NCBI GenBank assembly: GCA_017458825.1
Contig: JAFSZX010000019.1
Location: 4,352 to 68,351 of the forward strand
Reading direction: 5' to 3'
DNA length: 64,000 nucleotides
Source: Oscillospiraceae bacterium
GTDB lineage: Bacteria > Bacillota > Clostridia > Oscillospirales > Oscillospiraceae
The notes beneath the pieces are model-generated. The model saw only the letters and a list, made by a program, of their open reading frames with translations, ran no database searches and was not told the origin of the DNA. The first letter of the stretch is position 1, and every line of letters starts with the position of its first letter. Position numbers and translations under genes: made by a program. Positions 17,844-29,012 of the stretch are shown in pieces.

Positions 17844-19676
17844 TTGCAGAACGAGAAATTGCGTAACGTAGCCATTATCGCCCACGTGGACCACGGAAAG
17901 ACCACGCTGGTGGATGAGATGCTTAAGCAGGGCGGCGTATACCGCGAGAATCAGGAGACGGTGGAGCGCGTGATGGACTCCGGCGACCTGGAACGGGAAC
18001 GCGGCATCACCATTCTGGCGAAAAACACCGCCATCCGCTACGGCGACACCAAGATCAATATTGTGGACACGCCCGGCCACGCCGATTTCGGCGGCGAGGT
18101 GGAGCGCATCTTGAAGATGGTCAACGGCGTGATTTTGCTGGTGGACGCCGCCGAAGGTCCTATGCCCCAGACCCGCTTCGTGCTCAGCCGCGCGCTGGAG
18201 CTGGGACATCGGGTGATCGTGGTGGTCAACAAGATCGACCGTCCCGACCGGCGGATCCACGAGGTGGTGGACGAGGTGCTGGAGCTTCTGCTGGAGCTGG
18301 ACGCCAACGACGAGCAGTTGGACAGCCCCATGCTCTTCTGCTCGGCGCGAAACGGCACCGCCTCCTATTCGCCCGACACCGTGGGGACGGACTTAAAACC
18401 CCTGTTTGACACCATCCTCGACTATATTCCGGCGCCGGACGCCAATGTGGACGAGCCGTTCCAGATGCTGGTATCTTCCATCGACTACAACGAATTCGTG
18501 GGACGGATCGCCATTGGACGCATTGAGCGCGGCACACTGCGGCAGAATCAGGAGATCGCCGTTTGCAACTACCACGATCCGGACGCGCCGGCAAAACGCG
18601 CCAAGGCGGTGAGCCTGTATCAGTTTGAAGGGCTCAGCCGTATCGCGGTGCCCGAGGCGGACGCCGGCAACATCATCGCTTTGAGCGGCATCGGCGACGT
18701 GACCATCGGCGATACCATCTGCGCGCCCGAATGTGTGGAGCCGCTGCCCTTTGTGAAGATCAGCGCGCCTACGGTGGAGATGACCTTCTCCGTCAATGAT
18801 TCTCCCTTTGCCGGCAGGGAGGGGAAATACGTCACCTCCCGCCAACTGCGTGACAGGCTCTGGCGCGAAACGCTCAAGGACGTGAGCCTGCGGGTCAGCG
18901 AGATCGAAGGCGCTATGGACGCGTTCAACGTGGCGGGTCGCGGCGAGATGAGCCTTTCCATCCTCATTGAGACCATGCGTCGGGAGGGATACGAATTCCA
19001 AGTGTCGCCGCCCCGTGTGCTGTACCGCACCATCGACGGCGTTCGCTGTGAGCCGGTGGAACGGCTGGTGGTGGACGTGCCTGCCGAGAGCGTGGGCGCT
19101 GTGATCGAGAAGCTGGGCAGCCGCAAGGGCGATCTGGTGGAGATGAATCCGGTGGGCAGCCGCATGAAGCTGGAGTTCCGCGTGCCGTCACGGGGACTGT
19201 TCGGTTATCGCAACGAGTTTTTGACCGATACCCGCGGCGAGGGGATCATGGCCAGCGTGTTTGATTCCTACGCGCCCTATAAGGGCGAACTGCAACGCCG
19301 CAATACCGGCTCGCTGGTGTCCTTCGAGACAGGGGAGAGTGTGAGCTACGGCCTCTTTAACGCACAGGACCGCGGGGCGCTCTTCATCGGCCCGGGTGTG
19401 GCGGTATACGAAGGCATGGTGGTGGGCGTAAGCCCCAAGGCGGAGGACATCACCGTGAATGTGTGCCGCAAAAAGCAGATGACCAATATGCGCGCCGCCG
19501 GATCGGACGAGGCACTGCGGTTGACGCCGCCGCGCCGCTTGAGTCTGGAACAGTGCCTGGAATTTCTGGCGGACGACGAGCTGCTGGAGGTCACGCCGGA
19601 GAACCTGCGGATCCGCAAGACCATTCTCAATCACGAAAAACGCATGAAGGCGTCCCACGGCGGCAAGAAAAAATAA
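17844..19676 (+). CDS. typA: Translational GTPase TypA/BipA
   Basis: [29 protein letters not shown] and [18 protein letters not shown] motifs; promoter TTGCAT-N17-TATAAT at 17762-17790. Confidence 0.97.
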   Translation: MQNEKLRNVAIIAHVDHGKTTLVDEMLKQGGVYRENQETVERVMDSGDLERERGITILAKNTAIRYGDTKINIVDTPGHADFGGEVERILKMVNGVILLVDAAEGPMPQTRFVLSRALELGHRVIVVVNKIDRPDRRIHEVVDEVLELLLELDANDEQLDSPMLFCSARNGTASYSPDTVGTDLKPLFDTILDYIPAPDANVDEPFQMLVSSIDYNEFVGRIAIGRIERGTLRQNQEIAVCNYHDPDAPAKRAKAVSLYQFEGLSRIAVPEADAGNIIALSGIGDVTIGDTICAPECVEPLPFVKISAPTVEMTFSVNDSPFAGREGKYVTSRQLRDRLWRETLKDVSLRVSEIEGAMDAFNVAGRGEMSLSILIETMRREGYEFQVSPPRVLYRTIDGVRCEPVERLVVDVPAESVGAVIEKLGSRKGDLVEMNPVGSRMKLEFRVPSRGLFGYRNEFLTDTRGEGIMASVFDSYAPYKGELQRRNTGSLVSFETGESVSYGLFNAQDRGALFIGPGVAVYEGMVVGVSPKAEDITVNVCRKKQMTNMRAAGSDEALRLTPPRRLSLEQCLEFLADDELLEVTPENLRIRKTILNHEKRMKASHGGKKK

Positions 19677-19718
19677 AAAGCACGCCTGTTTTCCTTGGAA
19701 AACAGGCGTGTTTTTTTT
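19676..19718. terminator. Bidirectional intrinsic terminator
   Basis: A-tract-GCACGCCTGTTTTCC-TT-GGAAAACAGGCGTGT-T tract. Confidence 0.85.
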
Positions 19719-19743
19719 GCATATAAGCGGCATGGGGAGGGGG

Positions 19744-21147
19744 TCACGCCTCATGGACGGGATCCCCCGTCACATTGTGGATCCATTTTCCCGACCGGAC
19801 GCGCCAGATACAAAACGGCGTTTTCACAAGACTTTCGGACTGGATCGCCAGCACCACCAGCCAGAAATTCCCCCGTACCACCAGTGCCAGAAACGCCGTC
19901 AGCGGCAGAGCCACCAGCCATTGGGGACCTACGTCCAGCACCGCGGACCAGTTCACGTCGGCGCCGGCGCGCAACACGCCGATGATGGTGCAGATACAGT
20001 AGGCGTGAAGCGGCGTGGTGACGAAAGTGCCCACCGCCAGCGCCGTGGCGATCTGCGCCGTTTCACCGTAGAGCTTGAAAAGGGGGAACAGTACCGGGTG
20101 GAACAGAAGCGGCAACAGAAGCGACGATACGGCGCCCAGTCCCGCACCTACCCACGTGGTGAAGCGCAGAAGGTCGATGCCAAGCGTCAAAATCTCCTGG
20201 CGGTCGGCACCCTCGCCGATGGTCTTGCCTACCATTACGGCGGTGGCGGAGCCTAAACCGAAGCATACCACCAGAAAAAGCCGCCCTAAATTGCCGGTGA
20301 CGGAATATGCCGCCAGCACGGACACGGAGTTTTCCATATAGCCCAGGATCACCGTCAGAAGCGAGTTGCCGAGACCCCAGAGGGATTCATTGCACATTAC
20401 GGGGGTGGCGTAGCGCAAAAAACGGCGGAACATCGCCCGGCCGGGGCGAAGGAACGCCGAGGCGCACAGCGGCAGATGGCGACCGCGGATCGCCACTGCG
20501 GCGCAGATCAGAAATTCCGAGACCCGCGATAAAAGGGTGGCAAGCGCCGCGCCCTCGATGCCCATGGCAGGCGCGCCCAGATGACCGAAGATCAAGATGT
20601 AATTGAGGCCTGTGTTCAAGATGGTGGAAAAGCCGAACACCAGCATACCGAACAGGGGACGCTCCACGCTCCGCTGGGCGCTGACGTAGATGCTTGAGAG
20701 CATGTTGAAGAGATAGGAAAAACCGATCAAGCGCAGATACGGCGCACCCAATACGCTCAAGTGGTGGTTATTGCTCAAAAGATCCATGATCGCTACGGGG
20801 AACAGGTAGAACAGCGCCGCCAGCAGAGCCGACAGGGATAGACCCACGAAGCACGCCACGCCCAGCGCCCGACTGATGCTCTCCAGATCACGCTTGCCCC
20901 AGTACTGGCTCACTAAAATCGCCAGACCGCTCTGTACGCCGAATACCAGCGACAGCAGGAGAAAGACCGGCACGTTGGCGGTGGTGACCGCCGCCATGGC
21001 GTCGTTCCCCAGTTGGCTGACCATAAAGGTATCGATCAGTCCCAGGGAAAACGTGATGAGGTTTTGCAGCGCGATGGGCAACGTCAGGCGCCAGAGCCGA
21101 CGGTAGAAGCCGCCGGGACGGCGGGAAGGGAACAAGAACATAATCAT
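19744..21147 (-). CDS. MATE family efflux transporter
   Basis: LPIALQNLI...DTFMVSQLG and FGHLGAPAMGIEGAALAT motifs; about 12 TMs. Confidence 0.92.
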   Translation of the reverse strand: MIMFLFPSRRPGGFYRRLWRLTLPIALQNLITFSLGLIDTFMVSQLGNDAMAAVTTANVPVFLLLSLVFGVQSGLAILVSQYWGKRDLESISRALGVACFVGLSLSALLAALFYLFPVAIMDLLSNNHHLSVLGAPYLRLIGFSYLFNMLSSIYVSAQRSVERPLFGMLVFGFSTILNTGLNYILIFGHLGAPAMGIEGAALATLLSRVSEFLICAAVAIRGRHLPLCASAFLRPGRAMFRRFLRYATPVMCNESLWGLGNSLLTVILGYMENSVSVLAAYSVTGNLGRLFLVVCFGLGSATAVMVGKTIGEGADRQEILTLGIDLLRFTTWVGAGLGAVSSLLLPLLFHPVLFPLFKLYGETAQIATALAVGTFVTTPLHAYCICTIIGVLRAGADVNWSAVLDVGPQWLVALPLTAFLALVVRGNFWLVVLAIQSESLVKTPFCIWRVRSGKWIHNVTGDPVHEA

Positions 21148-21163
21148 TTCCTCACAAAAAGAA

Positions 21164-22297
21164 TTACAGCATAGGGAAACGGTTTTGCTGATGGGCCCGC
21201 AGAGCCTCGTACAGCGCCTCCACGTCCCGAAGCGTGCTCTCCGGGCCGAAGCTTACGCGAAACGCGCCTGCCGCGTCACGGCGGGAAAGACCCATGGCGG
21301 CGATCACGTGGCTGGGTTTCCCCTTGTGGCAGGCGGAACCGGCGCTGATACACACGCCCTGCTGACCCAGCTCCGTGACGATGTTGCCGGCGGGGTAGCC
21401 GGAGAGCGTCATGGAGAGGATATGGGGCGATTCGCCCTGCCCGATCCGCGCCATGCCGGGAATGGTCAAAAGCCGACGCAGACATTCCGCTTTCAGGGCG
21501 GATATGTTGGCAAGATACGCCGCGCCGTTTTCACGCCACAGGGATACCGCCGCGGCAAAACCGGCGATCTGGGCAGTCGCCTCGGTGCCGGAGCGCAGAC
21601 CGTTTTCCTGTCCGCCACCCCACAGAAGGGGGCGAAGCGTTTTCAAATGCGGCGCCACGTAGAGGGCGCCGATCCCTTTGGGACCGCCTAATTTGTGGGC
21701 GGAGAAGCTGGCAAGATCCACGCCCCACGCCTGCATCGGGCAGGGGACTTTCATAAAGCCCTGCACCGCGTCGCAGTGGAGCAGGGCCGGGCTTTGGCGC
21801 GCTTTGAGAAGACGCGCCACATCCGCTACGGGAAAGACGGCGCCGGTCTCATTGTTCACCAGCATCATGCTCACCAGCACCGTGTCGGGGCGCAGGGCGC
21901 GCGCCACCTGCTGAGCGGATACGGCGCCGGACGCGTCCGGCATCAGGCGGGTGATCTCATAGCCCTCCTGCTCCATGGCACGCAGGACTTCCAGCACGGC
22001 GCTGTGCTCCACGGCGGTGGTGATGATATGCTTGCCTGTGTGCCGCCCGTGGTAGGCGGCGGCGCGAAGCGCCCAGTTGTTGCTCTCGGTGGCGCAGGAG
22101 GTGAACACCACGCTTCGCGCCTCACAGCCAAGCGCATCGGCAAGAACGGTGCGGTTTTCCTGCAGGGCACGGCGCGTATTACCCGCCGCGTCATACTGGG
22201 CGGAGGGATTATAGGGGTCGCCGGTCATGGCGCGATACACCGCATCAGCCACCGAAGCCGGCACAGGCGCGGTGGCGGCATAGTCCAGATAGTGCAA
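21164..22297 (-). CDS. Cysteine desulfurase (IscS/NifS family)
   Basis: YLDYAATAP, HCDAVQ, SAHKLGGPKG, RSGTE and SAGSACH motifs. Confidence 0.92.
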   Translation of the reverse strand: MHYLDYAATAPVPASVADAVYRAMTGDPYNPSAQYDAAGNTRRALQENRTVLADALGCEARSVVFTSCATESNNWALRAAAYHGRHTGKHIITTAVEHSAVLEVLRAMEQEGYEITRLMPDASGAVSAQQVARALRPDTVLVSMMLVNNETGAVFPVADVARLLKARQSPALLHCDAVQGFMKVPCPMQAWGVDLASFSAHKLGGPKGIGALYVAPHLKTLRPLLWGGGQENGLRSGTEATAQIAGFAAAVSLWRENGAAYLANISALKAECLRRLLTIPGMARIGQGESPHILSMTLSGYPAGNIVTELGQQGVCISAGSACHKGKPSHVIAAMGLSRRDAAGAFRVSFGPESTLRDVEALYEALRAHQQNRFPML

Positions 22298-22421
22298 AAA
22301 AAGTCACCTCAAAAGCCGTTGCTTTTCGCCGTTTACAGGGCTTGTCACGGGAAAAACAATACAGTATAATAGGATAAATTCCATTATACTGAATCGCGGG
22401 CGGAAGTGCAAGGAGAATTCC

Positions 22422-23711
22422 ATGAAAGTCGCCATATATACGCTGGGTTGTAAAGTGAATCAATATGAGACGCAGGCGATGGAGCGTGAGCTGCTGCGCC
22501 GGGGGCATGAGCTGGTGCCGTTCGACAGCGCGGCGGACGCCTACGTGGTGAACACCTGCTCGGTGACGGCGGTGAGCGATAAAAAATCCCGTCAGATGCT
22601 GCGCCGGTGCCGCAAGCTGAATCCGGCGGCGGTGGTGGCGGCGTGCGGCTGTTACGTGCAGACCCATCCCAAGGAGGCGCAGACGCTGGGGCTGGACCTT
22701 TTGGCAGGGACCGGCGGACGCATGGCGTTTGTGGAGCAGTTGGAGCGGACCGTTCGGGAACGGACGCCCCAAACGCTGCTGGACGATCCCCTGTGCCGCC
22801 GCGCATTTGAGAGCCTGCCTGCCGGAGGACTTGCCGGCAGGACACGCGCTATGCTGAAGGTGGAGGACGGATGCACCAACTTCTGCGCCTATTGCATCAT
22901 TCCCTTCGCGCGTGGGCCTGTGCGGTCCCTGCCTGTTGAAGAGGCGGAGGCGGAAACGAGGCGTTTGGCGGCGGAGGGGTATCGGGAGCTGGTGCTCACC
23001 GGCATTGAGATCTCCTCCTACGGGCGGGATCTGCCCGATACGCCGACGCTGACGGATCTGGTGGAACGTATCTGCGCCGCCGCGGGGACCATGCGGGTAC
23101 ACTTGGGGTCACTGGAGCCCCGAACGGTCACAGAGGATTTTTGCCGGCGCATGGCGAAGCTACCCAATCTCTGCCCCCATTTCCATCTGTCACTGCAAAG
23201 CGGGTGCGACGCCACGCTCAAAAGAATGAATCGCAAGTACGATACGGAGCGGTTTTTCCAATCGGTATCGCTCCTGCGGCAGGTTTTTGACGATCCCGCC
23301 GTGACAACCGATCTCATCACCGGATTTCCCGACGAGACGGAGGAGGAATTTGCTGCCACGCTTGCCTTTATCCGGCGCTGTGGGTTTGCCGATATGCACG
23401 TGTTCCCCTACTCGGTGCGGCCGGGGACGAAGGCGGCGGCGATGCCGCAGCTTACATCGGCGGTGAAGGAGCGGCGGGCGCAGTCCGCCGCCGCGGCGGC
23501 GGAGGAGATGCGCCGGGCGTATTGGCGACGCTGGAAAGGCAGGACGGTATTGGTGCTCTTTGAGCAGAACCGGCAGGGGTACAGCGTGGGACACGCGATG
23601 AACTACATGGAAGTATCCGTGCCGGAGGGGGACTATCATAACCGCGTATTGCCGGTGCGCATCACCGGAGAGGACGGAGAACGCGTCATAGGGGAGGTTT
23701 TGGACAGATGA
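22422..23711 (+). CDS. mtaB: tRNA t6A methylthiotransferase (radical SAM)
   Basis: TLGCKVNQYE, NTCSVT, CTNFCAYC and HVFPYSVRPGT motifs. Confidence 0.93.
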   Translation: MKVAIYTLGCKVNQYETQAMERELLRRGHELVPFDSAADAYVVNTCSVTAVSDKKSRQMLRRCRKLNPAAVVAACGCYVQTHPKEAQTLGLDLLAGTGGRMAFVEQLERTVRERTPQTLLDDPLCRRAFESLPAGGLAGRTRAMLKVEDGCTNFCAYCIIPFARGPVRSLPVEEAEAETRRLAAEGYRELVLTGIEISSYGRDLPDTPTLTDLVERICAAAGTMRVHLGSLEPRTVTEDFCRRMAKLPNLCPHFHLSLQSGCDATLKRMNRKYDTERFFQSVSLLRQVFDDPAVTTDLITGFPDETEEEFAATLAFIRRCGFADMHVFPYSVRPGTKAAAMPQLTSAVKERRAQSAAAAAEEMRRAYWRRWKGRTVLVLFEQNRQGYSVGHAMNYMEVSVPEGDYHNRVLPVRITGEDGERVIGEVLDR

Positions 23712-24280
23712 ACCATTTTTTTGCCTACATCGCGCGGATGCGCTTTATCAACCGCTGGGCGCTCATGCGCAACAGCGCCACGGAGAACGTGCAGGAGCAC
23801 AGCCATCAGGTGGCGGTGCTTGCCCACGCGCTGGCGGTGATCCGAAACGAGCTGTTTTCAGGGCGGATCGACCCGGGGGCGGTGGCGGTGGCAGCACTGT
23901 ATCACGACGCGCCGGAGATCCTTACCGGCGACCTGCCCACACCCATTAAGTATCAAAATCCGGCGATCCGGCAGGCATATCGGCAGATCGAGGAGACGGC
24001 GGCGGAAAAACTCCTTGCGATGCTGCCGGAGGAATTGCGCGAGACGTATGACAAGGCGCTCTGCCCTGTCGATCCGGACGTGGAAACGCTGGTAAAGGCG
24101 GCGGATAAGCTCTCGGCGCATATCAAGTGTTTGGAGGAACTGAAAGCGGGGAACGCGGAGTTCCGCCGCGCCGCCGAGCAGACCGCCAAGGCGCTCGATC
24201 AGTTCAAACTGCCGGAGCTGGATTATTTCCGGGATCATTTTATGGAGAGTTTCCGGCTGACGCTGGATGAATTGGAATAG
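23708..24280 (+). CDS. yfbR: 5'-deoxynucleotidase, HD family
   Basis: RWALMRN...ENVQEHS, YHDAPEILTGDLPTPIKY and ADKLSAHIKCLEE motifs. Confidence 0.88.
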   Translation: MNHFFAYIARMRFINRWALMRNSATENVQEHSHQVAVLAHALAVIRNELFSGRIDPGAVAVAALYHDAPEILTGDLPTPIKYQNPAIRQAYRQIEETAAEKLLAMLPEELRETYDKALCPVDPDVETLVKAADKLSAHIKCLEELKAGNAEFRRAAEQTAKALDQFKLPELDYFRDHFMESFRLTLDELE

Positions 24281-24288
24281 GAGGCGTT

Positions 24289-24570
24289 ATGATGAAAAGT
24301 ATCAAGGCGATCGTTACCGTGGTGGGGAAAGACCAGGTAGGGATCATTGCCGGCGTGTGCAATCTGCTGGCAGGGGAGAAGATCAACGTGCTGGACATCA
24401 GCCAGACCATCATGGAGGGATATTTTACCATGATGATGGTGGTGGACGTGGCGGAATGCACCACGCCGTTTTCCGCGTTGACCGCCCTGCTGCGCGCCTT
24501 CGGTGAGGAGAGGGGCCTGGTGATCCGCATTCAGCGGGAGGATATTTTCGACGCCATGCACAAGATTTGA
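24289..24570 (+). CDS. ACT domain protein (UPF0237)
   Basis: [13 protein letters not shown]...DISQTI...[10 protein letters not shown]. Confidence 0.9.
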   Translation: MMKSIKAIVTVVGKDQVGIIAGVCNLLAGEKINVLDISQTIMEGYFTMMMVVDVAECTTPFSALTALLRAFGEERGLVIRIQREDIFDAMHKI

Positions 24571-24580
24571 GGTGAGGCAG

Positions 24581-25939
24581 ATGGTCAGCACGAAACGAAT
24601 TTTCCAAACCATTGAGATGATCGACAAACAGCATCTGGATATCCGCACCATCACGATGGGCATCTCGCTTCTCGATTGCGTCAGTGAGGACGCGAACCGC
24701 TGCCGCGCCCGGATCTACGATAAGATCTGCCGTCGGGCGGAGCATCTGGTGCAGGTGGGGGAGGATATCGAAAGCGAGTTCGGTATCCCCATCGTCAATA
24801 AGCGCATCTCCGTTACACCCGTGGCGCTGGTGGCGGGCGGCTGTGACACGGAGGATCTGGCGCCCTTTGCCCGCACGTTGGACGAGGCGGCGAAAAACTG
24901 CGGCGTCAACTTCATCGGCGGCTTTTCCGCGCTGGTACAAAAAGGCTTTGCCAGAGGCGACGAGCTGCTGCTGCGCGCCATCCCCCAGGCGCTGGCGGAG
25001 ACGGAGTTCGTCTGCTCCAGCGTCAACGTGGGGTCCACCCGCGCCGGAATCAATATGGACGCGGTGGCGCGGATGGGACGTATCATCAAGGAGACCGCCC
25101 ACCGCACGGCGGATCGGGACGGATTGGGATGCGCCAAGCTGGTGGTGTTTTGCAACGCGGTGGAGGATAACCCCTTCATGGCCGGCGCGTTCCACGGCGT
25201 GGGCGAGGCGGACAGCGTGATCAATGTGGGCGTCAGCGGTCCCGGCGTGGTGTATCACGCACTGCAAAAATGTAAGGGCGCACCCTTTGACGAAGTGGCG
25301 GAGACCATCAAAAAGACAGCGTTCCAGATCACCCGTATGGGGCAGATGGTGGCGGGCGAGGCGTCCCGACGGCTGGGTACGCCCTTTGGCATCGTGGATC
25401 TGAGTCTGGCGCCGACACCGGCGCGGGGCGACAGTGTGGCGCGGATCCTGGAGGAAATGGGGCTGGAGGTGTGCGGTACACACGGCACCACGGCGGCGCT
25501 GGCACTGCTGAACGACGCGGTGAAAAAAGGCGGCGTGATGGCGTCCGGCCACGTGGGCGGCTTGAGCGGCGCGTTTATCCCGGTCAGCGAGGACGAGGGC
25601 ATGATCGCCGCGGCGCAAAGCGGTGTGCTGGAGCTTTCCAAGCTGGAGGCGATGACCTGCGTTTGCTCCGTGGGGTTGGATATGATCGCCGTTCCCGGCG
25701 ACACGCCCGCGGAAACCATCTCCGCCATCATCGCCGACGAGGCGGCTATCGGTATGGTCAACAGCAAGACCACCGCCGTGCGGGTGATCCCGGTGGAGGG
25801 GAAAACCGTGGGCGACGTGGTGGAAATGGGCGGACTGTTGGGCAGCGCACCGGTGATGCCGGTACACGGCACGTCTTCTGCCGCCTTTGTTGCCCGGGGC
25901 GGACGAATTCCGGCACCGCTCCAGAGCCTGAAAAACTGA
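24581..25939 (+). CDS. DUF711/UPF0210 PFL-like protein
   Basis: [20 protein letters not shown] and [13 protein letters not shown] motifs; the usual partner of UPF0237. Confidence 0.9.
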   Translation: MVSTKRIFQTIEMIDKQHLDIRTITMGISLLDCVSEDANRCRARIYDKICRRAEHLVQVGEDIESEFGIPIVNKRISVTPVALVAGGCDTEDLAPFARTLDEAAKNCGVNFIGGFSALVQKGFARGDELLLRAIPQALAETEFVCSSVNVGSTRAGINMDAVARMGRIIKETAHRTADRDGLGCAKLVVFCNAVEDNPFMAGAFHGVGEADSVINVGVSGPGVVYHALQKCKGAPFDEVAETIKKTAFQITRMGQMVAGEASRRLGTPFGIVDLSLAPTPARGDSVARILEEMGLEVCGTHGTTAALALLNDAVKKGGVMASGHVGGLSGAFIPVSEDEGMIAAAQSGVLELSKLEAMTCVCSVGLDMIAVPGDTPAETISAIIADEAAIGMVNSKTTAVRVIPVEGKTVGDVVEMGGLLGSAPVMPVHGTSSAAFVARGGRIPAPLQSLKN

Positions 25940-25983
25940 CGAGATCTGTAAAGCGGGAATACTTTACAGTGAAGATGTTTCAA

Positions 25984-26017
25984 AAGGGAGCGCCGACCAA
26001 ACGGTCGGCGCTCCCTT
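25984..26017. terminator. Perfect 15-bp hairpin between convergent genes
   Basis: AAGGGAGCGCCGACC-AAAC-GGTCGGCGCTCCCTT. Confidence 0.75.
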
Positions 26018-26034
26018 ACAGGTATGACCGGAAA

Positions 26035-27099
26035 CTAATCCAGCTTGCCCCGAGCATGGAGCACGTCGTCGGGAGTAATGGTCATCAGATCGTCACGGGT
26101 GACGGTCTCGGCGGCGGCAAGGCGGTTATTCTGCTGAACGAGAATACTCTCGAAAATGTTGCGCACGCCGCGGGCGTTGCCGAACGTCTCCGGATTGCCG
26201 TTCTCCTCGGTGATATAATCCCGCACCAGCTCTTCGGTACCCTCCGCCAGTTGGTAACAGCCTTTTTTGCACTGCATGTGGAAGATCTTGAGCATCTCAT
26301 CGGGCGTATAGTCGGCAAATTCCAGGAAGCGGTTGAAGCGGGACTCAAGACCGGGATTGGAATGAATGAACCGATCCATCAGGTCGGTATACCCTGCCAC
26401 GATCACCACCAGATCGTCCCGATGATCTTCCATCGCCTTGAGCAGTGTGTCAATAGCCTCCTGCCCGAAGTCGTTCTCGCTCTTGCCGTTCAGAGCGTAC
26501 GCCTCATCCACGAACAGCACGCCGCCCATGGCTTTTTCAATGACCTTTTGGGTCTTCAGCGCCGTCTGCCCCACGTAGCCCGCCACCAGACCGCTGCGAT
26601 CCACTTCTACCAGTTGACCCTTGGAGAGGATCTCCAGCGAACGGTAGATCCGCGCCATCATCCGCGCCATCATGGTCTTGCCGGTGCCGGGGTTGCCGGT
26701 AAAGACCATGTGGAGCGACATGTCGGTAGTGGGCAGACCGTGTTCGCGCCGGAGCTTATAGACCTGCACCATATTGATAAGGTTATGGACCTCCTCCTTT
26801 ACGGAGGCAAGACCGATATAGCTGTCCAGCTCGGAGAGAAGATCTTCCAGCTTCTCCGGCGGCGGCAGAGGTTCTTCCTGTTCCGCCGGTGCGCCCTGAC
26901 CGCTGCTGTCCGCGGCGGGAGGCGTATGCTTTTGGGGCGCGGAGGGGGCAGCGCCGGCAGAGTGTTCGCCGCTTTTTGCCGCCGGACGGGGCGATACGGG
27001 GCGACCCCAGAAATCACTGCTCATGCTCCGCATATTGTTTTCCGTCAAGGTGCGGATCACTTCCAACTGCTGCATCAGGATTTCATCTTTTCTATCCAT
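26035..27099 (-). CDS. AAA+ ATPase, SpoVK/CbbX family
   Basis: HMVFTGNPGTGKT, LVAGYVGQTA, VLFVDEAY, NPGLESRF and FGNARGVRN motifs. Confidence 0.9.
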   Translation of the reverse strand: MDRKDEILMQQLEVIRTLTENNMRSMSSDFWGRPVSPRPAAKSGEHSAGAAPSAPQKHTPPAADSSGQGAPAEQEEPLPPPEKLEDLLSELDSYIGLASVKEEVHNLINMVQVYKLRREHGLPTTDMSLHMVFTGNPGTGKTMMARMMARIYRSLEILSKGQLVEVDRSGLVAGYVGQTALKTQKVIEKAMGGVLFVDEAYALNGKSENDFGQEAIDTLLKAMEDHRDDLVVIVAGYTDLMDRFIHSNPGLESRFNRFLEFADYTPDEMLKIFHMQCKKGCYQLAEGTEELVRDYITEENGNPETFGNARGVRNIFESILVQQNNRLAAAETVTRDDLMTITPDDVLHARGKLD

Positions 27100-27117
27100 G
27101 GGAAACCTCCTTGGGTG

Positions 27118-27630
27118 TTATGAAAGGGGAAGGTAGACAGCGGCGCGGAGAAGACGGCTGACGATGAGACCTGTGAGGGAACCCGTCACCAGCGAAAGGA
27201 GGAGCAAAAAGGGGAGATACCCTACCACCGCCGTATCGCCCAATACGATCATGGCGGCGGCGATTTGCCCCGCGTTATGCGCCGCCGCGCCGCAAAGAGA
27301 CACGCCGAATACCGATAATCCGCCGCTCCGGCGCGCAAGGATCATCGCGCCCATGGCGCAAAAACCGCCCAGCAGGGAAAAGAGCAGGGCGGAGGCGTTG
27401 CCGGCAAATACGGCGCCCAGTACGCACCGCACCGTCAGGATCGCCAGCGCCGCCGGCGCGCCGGAGACGTAGAGGGCGAACAGCGTGACGATATTGGCAA
27501 GACCCAGTTTTACGCCCGGCAGGGGCAACAGAGCGGACAGGGGAAGTATGCCGTCCAGCGTACTCAAGCCCAGCGCCAGCGCCGCCAACAAGGCCCACAG
27601 GGTCAAGTGTTTTACAGAATATCTGCCCAT
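27118..27630 (-). CDS. Gx transporter / heptaprenyl-PP synthase component I-like membrane protein
   Basis: PGVKLGLANIV and GAAAHNAGQ motifs. Confidence 0.88.
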   Translation of the reverse strand: MGRYSVKHLTLWALLAALALGLSTLDGILPLSALLPLPGVKLGLANIVTLFALYVSGAPAALAILTVRCVLGAVFAGNASALLFSLLGGFCAMGAMILARRSGGLSVFGVSLCGAAAHNAGQIAAAMIVLGDTAVVGYLPFLLLLSLVTGSLTGLIVSRLLRAAVYLPLS

Positions 27631-27634
27631 TGCC

Positions 27635-28027
27635 TCACCCCACCGTCAGATCCGCGGCGCCGCCCGACAGACGGATCACGATCCGTGCCGGAAGACAGAC
27701 AATGCTCTGCCCGGCTTTGGAGACGGCGCCGGTATGCACGCAGTCCTGCCCGGGACAGTTGGCGGAGACCACCTGCACCGTCGCGCCGTCACACGACACC
27801 GTCAGCGTGTAGCCGTTATGGGAATAGGTGTGAACGCCCGCGTAACGCGAAAGGGGCGCAAACTCCTCCACCCTGCCGTCAACGCTGACAGATACCTGAA
27901 GGGACGCCGTTTCGGCAGGGATGTAGTAAATGAGTGCGATCACCAGCGCCGCCAGCGCGATCGCCAGCGCCGCCAGCGCGTCGCGGCGGTTGGGACGGCA
28001 TTCAGGGGGAGATGACTTCAAGGACAT
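27635..28027 (-). CDS. NusG domain II-containing protein
   Basis: N-terminal TM; ANCPGQDCVHTG...SIVCLPAR. Confidence 0.88.
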   Translation of the reverse strand: MSLKSSPPECRPNRRDALAALAIALAALVIALIYYIPAETASLQVSVSVDGRVEEFAPLSRYAGVHTYSHNGYTLTVSCDGATVQVVSANCPGQDCVHTGAVSKAGQSIVCLPARIVIRLSGGAADLTVG

Positions 28028-29012
28028 AGGAGGTATCCTCCGACAGTGTCAGTTGTTCCGAAAGGTCCGGCGTACAGCGCACGCGCCCGTCGGCGGTGAT
28101 GAGGACGAGAGAAAAACCGCCCTGTGCGCGCCAAAAGGCTTCCGCCTGCCGTTGACCCATCACGAAAAGCGCCGTGGAGTACGCGTCGGCAACGGAGCCG
28201 GAGGCGCCCAGCACCGTCACGGACAGCAGGTCGCTTTGCGCCGGTGCGCCGGTGGCAGGGTCAAGAATGTGGTGATAGACCGTGCCGTCCGGAGCGGTGA
28301 AGTTGCGCTGATAGGCGCCGGAGGTCACGGCAAAGGTGTCTTGCAGAGAGAGAATACAGGCGTAGCCCGCGCCTTGGGGATCCTGCACCGCTACGCGCCA
28401 GGGCGTTCCGTCGGGACGGGTGCCGCACACGTAGACGTTGCCGCCCAGCGAGACGGCGCCGCTCCGGATACCGCGGGCGGCAAAGATTGCCGCCACCTGA
28501 TCGGAAGCGTAGCCTTTGGCGATGCCGCCCAGATCCACGGCACATCCCTCGTCCAGCGACGCGCTCGTGCCGTCAAGATGCAGATGCTCGACGCCTACCA
28601 GCGGCATCAGCGCGTCGATCTCCTCACGGGCGGGGACGCGGGGCGTGTCGCCGGTAACGTTCCACAGCGATACCAACGGCGCCACCGTTACGTCGAACGC
28701 GCCGCCGGTCGCTTCGGCGCAGGAGAGGGAAAGAGCCAGAAGCTCCGCCGTTTCCGGATGGAGCGAGGCGCTGCCCTGCCGGTTCAGACGGCTTACGTCA
28801 CTGTCCTCACGGGTGCGGGAGAAGAGCTGTTCCAACGCGTTGATACGCTGTGCCGCCTCCTCCAGCGCGTCCTTGGCGCCGTCGCCGCAGGCGGTAAGCG
28901 TCATATAGGTATCCATGGCGAAAAGCGTCAGTTCCTCCGGCGCGGCGGCACCGCAACCGGACAGGAGGAGCAGTACGCACGACAGGGCGATCGCCCAAAA
29001 CCGGCGCATCAC
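28002..29012 (-). CDS. apbE: FAD:protein FMN transferase lipoprotein
   Basis: Lipobox LSGC; DLGGIAKG, TSGAYQR, YHHILDP and ADAYSTA motifs. Confidence 0.93.
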   Translation of the reverse strand: MMRRFWAIALSCVLLLLSGCGAAAPEELTLFAMDTYMTLTACGDGAKDALEEAAQRINALEQLFSRTREDSDVSRLNRQGSASLHPETAELLALSLSCAEATGGAFDVTVAPLVSLWNVTGDTPRVPAREEIDALMPLVGVEHLHLDGTSASLDEGCAVDLGGIAKGYASDQVAAIFAARGIRSGAVSLGGNVYVCGTRPDGTPWRVAVQDPQGAGYACILSLQDTFAVTSGAYQRNFTAPDGTVYHHILDPATGAPAQSDLLSVTVLGASGSVADAYSTALFVMGQRQAEAFWRAQGGFSLVLITADGRVRCTPDLSEQLTLSEDTSYVLEVISP